NCBI GenBank assembly: GCA_963835065.1
Contig: CAWIEK010000024.1
Coordinates: 32,001 to 96,000 of the forward strand
Direction: 5' to 3'
DNA from: an uncultured Chthonomonadaceae bacterium
Lineage (GTDB): Bacteria; Armatimonadota; Chthonomonadetes; Chthonomonadales; Chthonomonadaceae
DNA length: 64,000 nucleotides
Numbering within the stretch: the first letter of the stretch is position 1; every line of letters starts with the position of its first letter. The notes under the pieces were generated by a model. It was given only the letters and a program-made list of their open reading frames with translations. It searched no databases and had not been told where the DNA came from. Below are positions 58,739 through 64,000 of this stretch, in pieces. A program made the position numbers and the translations under genes.

Positions 58739-59950
58739 TAACTCCTCCGCGTATTCATAAAGGGCCGTTCGCAGAGCAGGTAGAACCCATACGCGACGGC
58801 AATAATTATTGGCAGGCCAAAGAGAGCCAGCAGGGCGAAACCCCGGACGTCTTCCATACCGAGCGGGCGCAGGGCGTAGCGCACCAGAAACACGACAATA
58901 GGTACATGGATCAGATACAAACTGTAAGAAAATGTTCCCAGCCAAGCCAGAGGACGCCAGGAACAGACGCGATTGACGAGACTTCGCGGCGCAATCGACG
59001 CGATAACCAGCAGGCAGGCCGCGCATACGCCCGTCGGCAAGTCATACAACGGATACTGCAGAAGGGCATTTTCGTAGCCCAATGCGGCGGCCAGGCCGGC
59101 AACAATGCCGACGCACAACGCCGCCGTCCATCCGAAAGGAAACCGTTCGCGGAAGCGCTGCAAGCGCGGTTCGGTGGAAAAGGCAACCGAAGCCGCCGCC
59201 ATGCCGAGCGCGAACAATCCCAGGTACTGCACCGACATGCGGGCAAAGCGGGTATCCCGCAAAATGTAACACAGCGCATACCCGGCAAGGAGCAGGGTCA
59301 GCGTGACCGCAAAGTTGCCGTAGCGGCGCAGGCCGATGAGCAGCAGGGGAAACAAAAAGTATATCTGAAACTCGGTTGCGATAGACCAGTACACATAGCT
59401 GATGCGTCCGGCCCCGTAAGCGTTTTGCAGCAGCAACAGGTGGCTGATAAAATCGGACGGGCGCACGGTCATTGCCGAGTCAAAGTGGCTGCCGCCGGGC
59501 GTACGGAAAATCACAAAGATAAAAAACAGCGTGAACGCGATGGAAAAGTAATAGGGCGGGAGGATGCGCCGGAAACGCCGCTGGAAGAACCGCCGAACGC
59601 CGCCCTTCAACACGCCGCCCGCTTTCAGAACCGGCAGCATCAGGCAAAACCCGGAAATCACGATAAACACGCTCACGGACAAATGCCCGAAGATCAGCAG
59701 ATAGGAAAGAAAGCCATAAGGAGCCGAGGGAAGCCCCCGTTCCAGCCACAATTCCAGGTAAAAGTGATTGAAAACAACCACCAGCGCGGCCAGCGCGCGC
59801 AAGCCTTCCACAAAGACGAGATGGGGCTTCTGCTCCTCTTTTACTGCCGGGGCGGATTGTTCCGTTGGATGTTCTGCGGCGCGATCTTCGCGGGCGATTG
59901 CCGTTTCCTGCGGGGGAACGGCAATCCTCCTGCTTGCTGCTGTCTCCATA
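58738..59950 (-). CDS. Acyltransferase_3 (OafA-like) membrane acyltransferase
   Basis: EGLRALAA..VV..H, FIVISGF, RRF.RI.P.Y, WSIATE.Q.Y, SYSLYL.H. Confidence 0.92.
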
Positions 59951-60104
59951 AACTTGCCTTCTAACTTCAACACTGCCTCAACACAGATGTTGCGCACTAC
60001 GCAAGAGCGCAACGAAATGAATTTCTTTGCTGTAGGGCGTTCCGCCCAATGTCCGCCTGCGCGGACATAACATTCTTCACGTAAACGGTTTCCATCAAGA
60101 AGCG

Positions 60105-61361
60105 CTACGGACGATTCTTTACGCTTGCCGACTGACTGCGGGCGCTTGCCGAGATTTTACTCGAGGCAGCAACCACGTTGATGAGCGGCGCGAGGTCTGC
60201 GGCCAGGGCGTTTGCCAGCAGGCGGTTCCCGTCGGGCAGCATGTGGTCATTGTCATGAAACAGCGGGTCGGGAACCAGTTCGCTGTAATCCTTGCAGGGA
60301 ACACCCGGCGCGGTCATGGATGTGGCGAGCGCTTTGCGGCTTGCGGCATAAATGGCTCTGGGAATGGCGTAACCGGTGGCTGCCGGGTTCTGCGGCGTGA
60401 TATAAAACAGGCACGGCAGATGCGTGTCCGCCGCCATTTGCGCCAGGTGTCGGTAGAATTGGCAGTTCAAATCCGTTTCATCAAAGTCGCGCCGATAATC
60501 CCCCAAAAAGTTTTGCAGTTGTAAACCGCGCCCGTTCCACGGCATCATGCCCAATTTGCCCATTTTTTTGGCAACGCCTACGCCCGTCATTACGGCGGGA
60601 TTGGGCAGGCTGTACGGAACGCGCGGCTGTACGCCGAACAGTTTGGCGTTGATGGCCTGCCGCAGTCCCATAAACCGGCAGTTTTCCTCGATGCTCCAGG
60701 TGAGCGCGTCCTCGAAGCGCTTTTTGGCGTCGCGGGCGGGAACATAAGGCACAAGCGCGGGCGGGATGGAAGCCAGATTGTAGGCCAGCCAGGGTTCCGC
60801 GAGCGGGCGCTGAGAAACATCCAGGCTGGTCGTAAAATAATTGCCTTCCACGACGATGCAGTCCGGCTTACCTTCCAGCGCTTTTTGCAGCAGGCACATC
60901 TCATCCAGCGAACGCGCGCCCGCCACGCTGAAATTCCACACATGGATGTTCTGGCGCGGCAGGGCATTACGCAACGCCTGTTCCAGATATACGGGGATGG
61001 TTTCCGATTTGGCGAGCAATGCGCTGCCCACAACCGTCGAATCCCCGATAACCACCACTTTGTAGGCGGTATCGCGCCGCATCTGCGCGGCAAAAGCGTT
61101 TTCCAGCGCGGGCGTGGGAAAGTTGTCGAGCCGCTCCGTTTGCAGGCAGGTCGAGGTATCGAAATACAGGCGCGTCGCCAGTTCCGCAAGCAGCAAAAAC
61201 GCCAGGCAGAACAGCCAGGGGCGCAGCGTGACATACCAGGGCACAAGCGGATTGTCCCGTGTCTTATCCGCCACGACGACATCCGCCAGTTCCGTTTCCC
61301 GCGTCGGATTGCTGCCGCGTACCACTTCTTTTTCAGGTTGTTCGGGGGCTGATTGGTTCAT
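60105..61361 (-). CDS. Membrane-anchored SGNH/DltD-AlgJ-like acyltransferase
   Basis: N-terminal TM, IGDS block I, D..H (DNDH) block V. Confidence 0.8.
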   Translation of the reverse strand: MNQSAPEQPEKEVVRGSNPTRETELADVVVADKTRDNPLVPWYVTLRPWLFCLAFLLLAELATRLYFDTSTCLQTERLDNFPTPALENAFAAQMRRDTAYKVVVIGDSTVVGSALLAKSETIPVYLEQALRNALPRQNIHVWNFSVAGARSLDEMCLLQKALEGKPDCIVVEGNYFTTSLDVSQRPLAEPWLAYNLASIPPALVPYVPARDAKKRFEDALTWSIEENCRFMGLRQAINAKLFGVQPRVPYSLPNPAVMTGVGVAKKMGKLGMMPWNGRGLQLQNFLGDYRRDFDETDLNCQFYRHLAQMAADTHLPCLFYITPQNPAATGYAIPRAIYAASRKALATSMTAPGVPCKDYSELVPDPLFHDNDHMLPDGNRLLANALAADLAPLINVVAASSKISASARSQSASVKNRP

Positions 61362-61368
61362 ATAACGC

Positions 61369-61485
61369 TTAAAAATCCACGTAGATAAAGTGCGACGCGG
61401 TTCCGGTATAAAACAGGATCGTCGCCAAAAGCATCAGCGCCCAAAACAAGCCGCGCAGCAAGTCGCGTTTCCAGGAAGATTGCAT
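61369..61485 (-). CDS. DltX-like acyl-shuttle microprotein (38 aa)
   Basis: Single TM ending HFIYVDF-stop, between MBOAT and SGNH genes. Confidence 0.75.
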   Translation of the reverse strand: MQSSWKRDLLRGLFWALMLLATILFYTGTASHFIYVDF

Positions 61486-61511
61486 GATGTTGTATTTTTC
61501 TATAAGAAAGG

Positions 61512-62708
61512 TTAGAACATGCGCCGCAGGGCGATAAGCGCTTCGGGCAGGCCGGGAGCGGCGAAAAACACCCATCCGAAGCAGACAAACTGAATAGTCA
61601 GCGCGGTTCCGAACCAGCGGACGGGTTTTGAATCCGGCAGCGGCTTGACGACCATACGGTAAATTTGCAGCCCCGCCAATCCCAGGCCGTTCCACAGTCC
61701 CCACACGACGAAGGTCCAGTTAGCTCCGTGCCACAGGCCGCAGATCGCCATGACCAGGGTTAGATTAAAGATGGCACGCCCTTTGCTGACCTTGCTGCCG
61801 CCCAGGGGGATATACAGATAATCGCGTATCCAACTGGAAAGCGACATGTGCCAGCTATTCCAGAACTTCTGAAGGTTGGCCTGCCGATACGGGCGGTTGA
61901 AGTTTTCCGGCAGCCGGTAGCCGAGCAGTTGCGCGCAACCGATGGCGATGTCGGTGAAACCGGAAAAATCGTAGTAGATTTTCACGGCGTAAGCGTACAT
62001 GGCGATCCACAACTCTATACGGCTGGCGCTGTAGGGCGTTTTCAGCGCCTGCGTCAACAGGTCGGCGCTGTCGGCCACAATTAATTTTTTCGCCAATCCC
62101 TGCACGATGCGCGTCAGCCCGTCCGCAAGATAGACGGCCTGAAACTTGCCAATTTCCCGTCCCTGCTGCTGAAACAACTGAAACCGCTTGACCGGCCCCG
62201 ACACCAGGCTGGGAAAGAAAAAGGCGAACAGGCCGAAGTCCAGCAGGGAAGGCTTGTTCGGCACTTTGCCCAGGTACAAATCCACCAGGTAGTGAATGAA
62301 TTCAAAGGTGAAAAACGAGATGCCCCAGGGAACGAGGAACGTGGGCACGTCCATGGACTGCCCGATTTCCAGCGAACGGAGGGCGGAATTGTACGACAAG
62401 GCGAACATGCGCGAATACTTGAAGAAAAACAACACGCCTGCGCACAATACCAGCCCCACGCCCAAAGTAAATTTAACCTGCGTTTTGGGCGCGTCCCGTT
62501 TTTGCAGCCCCCAAATCACATTGCCAATGACATACACGATAACCGTCAGAGTTCCCAGCAGCAGGACGTAGGGCGGATAATTGTACGTGAAGTACCCCAT
62601 GCTGGCAACCAGCAGAAAAACGCCGCGCCAGGAGGCCGGAACCACCCACCAATAGCCTACAAAGACTAGGAGCATGAACGCGCAAAAGGTCCATGTTGTA
62701 AAAATCAC
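61512..62708 (-). CDS. MBOAT O-acyltransferase (AlgI/DltB-like)
   Basis: GISFFTF, FFP.L.SGP, IY.DFSG.TDIA, ENF.RPY, FW..WH..LS.W.RDY.YIPLGG, GLWHG; GTGA overlap with upstream stop. Confidence 0.95.
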   Translation of the reverse strand: MIFTTWTFCAFMLLVFVGYWWVVPASWRGVFLLVASMGYFTYNYPPYVLLLGTLTVIVYVIGNVIWGLQKRDAPKTQVKFTLGVGLVLCAGVLFFFKYSRMFALSYNSALRSLEIGQSMDVPTFLVPWGISFFTFEFIHYLVDLYLGKVPNKPSLLDFGLFAFFFPSLVSGPVKRFQLFQQQGREIGKFQAVYLADGLTRIVQGLAKKLIVADSADLLTQALKTPYSASRIELWIAMYAYAVKIYYDFSGFTDIAIGCAQLLGYRLPENFNRPYRQANLQKFWNSWHMSLSSWIRDYLYIPLGGSKVSKGRAIFNLTLVMAICGLWHGANWTFVVWGLWNGLGLAGLQIYRMVVKPLPDSKPVRWFGTALTIQFVCFGWVFFAAPGLPEALIALRRMF

Positions 62709-64000
62709 CGGCGGCTGCCTCCCGCCAATTTTGTCGCCGCGCCGGAAAGGGACAGGTCTTCGGCTTCTTCGCCCTCCATCCATTCCACATCGCGGAAGGA
62801 GCCGTCCTCAGATTTGAGGGCAGGGGGCGTTTCCTCCTGCTTCGTCAGCCGGGGCAGCGCGCCCAGCAAGCCGAGCCATATTCCCATCATCATCATGGTG
62901 CGGTAATTGGTAAACTGAAGGTCGTACTTGCCGTAGATGTAGGCCATGAGCAGGAAGATAATGCCCATCAAGCCCGCGCACAGCAATATCGGGTTTTTCA
63001 CGCCCCGACAGATTTGAAGGCCGCGAATGAAAACCGTTGCGATCATCAGCAGAAACGCGAAGAAGCCTAAATGCCCCGTCCGCATCCAAATCCACATGAT
63101 GCTGTTATGCGCGAAATACTGCAAAAAGTTTGTCGTGACGTTGGGCAGCACCTGCACCTGAATAAACGGCTTGCCGTAGCCATAGCCGTACCAGGGTGAC
63201 AGGTCGCGGGTAAACTTGAGGTCAAAGTTTTCGGCTTCGCGGTAGTTGTCGGAACCCTGATCGCGGTAATCGGGAGACGAGTTGGAGCGGATGGCGCGGG
63301 CAGGCAAGGCCCACGCGCCGCTTGCGTTCCAGGCGACGGGCAGATAGATGGCGGAAAGCACCGCAAACGCGCCGATAAACATACCGATCTGCTTGCGCCG
63401 CGCTTCAAACAGCGTCCACATAATCGGCAGGGATGCGACAAACGCGATGACGAAGGCCGCAATCCCGGCGCGGCGCTGATTTTCCAGCACGGTGAAGATC
63501 GTGGTCGGCAAAAACAGCCAGCACGCCCTCACCATCGCGCGGTTGCCTTTGTTGAGCGCCAGGAACATCAGCAGGAAGAAAGACACGTTCAGCACCAGGC
63601 TGTCCTCGTGGTCTAAAATTCCCTGTTCCCCCACCATGCCGCCAAGCTGGAAGTAGCTGATAAGCCCGACCACGCTCAACAAGCCCAAGCCGACAATAGC
63701 GAACCACAACAACTGCTCGACGTGCTTGCGCTCCGTCACCAGGTTCAGCACCACAAAATACATAATCAGCGGATAATACTGCGCCCGCACTTCCCACAAA
63801 GCCATTGTCGGATCGCCGCCGCTGATATACCCGTGTATGTAGCCGATGCTCGTGGTAATCGCGTAAAAGACGAGGACGCCGAGAAACGGCCCGCGCTCGA
63901 TCTTCAGAGTGCGCAGGGCAATAGAGCGCACCAGCCAACTCAGCAGGGCCAGCACAATGATGATTTCCGCCGGGCTGAACTTGAACGCCGACAGCCCACC
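62705..64000 (-). CDS. O-antigen ligase/Wzy-like polymerase (5' end beyond window)
   Basis: Multi-TM, RR.G, G.G.G..F, AHNS...W...G..G; frame open to the window edge. Confidence 0.8.
   Translation of the reverse strand, partial: GGLSAFKFSPAEIIIVLALLSWLVRSIALRTLKIERGPFLGVLVFYAITTSIGYIHGYISGGDPTMALWEVRAQYYPLIMYFVVLNLVTERKHVEQLLWFAIVGLGLLSVVGLISYFQLGGMVGEQGILDHEDSLVLNVSFFLLMFLALNKGNRAMVRACWLFLPTTIFTVLENQRRAGIAAFVIAFVASLPIMWTLFEARRKQIGMFIGAFAVLSAIYLPVAWNASGAWALPARAIRSNSSPDYRDQGSDNYREAENFDLKFTRDLSPWYGYGYGKPFIQVQVLPNVTTNFLQYFAHNSIMWIWMRTGHLGFFAFLLMIATVFIRGLQICRGVKNPILLCAGLMGIIFLLMAYIYGKYDLQFTNYRTMMMMGIWLGLLGALPRLTKQEETPPALKSEDGSFRDVEWMEGEEAEDLSLSGAATKLAGGSRR

Overview
Bacterial chromosomal window, GC-rich, with no rRNA, tRNA, CRISPR array, integrase or transposase recognised. 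Gene content and repeat style loosely suggest Armatimonadota or a similar diderm (not verified). From left to right: a mazEF / nuclease / adenine-methyltransferase / mazE-pseudogene islet; an M16 protease pair; a glycosyltransferase-dehydrogenase cluster; and a minus-strand cluster with a tetraether-synthase-like (Tes/GDGT-MAS) radical SAM enzyme, a divergent Lgt paralogue and small Cys-containing membrane proteins. These are followed by a secreted glycoside hydrolase, decaying nuclease genes and queC. Next is a complex I (nuo) operon that lacks nuoB and nuoI, is interrupted by HEPN modules and an ADP-ribosylglycohydrolase, and carries two Rex-type operators. Then come TPR, kinase, GalU-like, YchF and a second PemK/MazF pair. 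The window ends in an exosortase/EPS locus with an MBOAT + DltX-like microprotein + SGNH acylation module. Intergenic DNA is full of inverted tandem 7/8-mer hairpins and REP/MITE-like elements. A 115-bp unit occurs twice, each time behind an ECF-type promoter, an SD and a mini-ORF ending CCC-TGA-C. The best candidates for new biology are the Tes-like rSAM/Lgt cluster, the duplicated ECF/CCC-TGA unit, the atypical HEPN pairs and the polarised heptamer hairpins.
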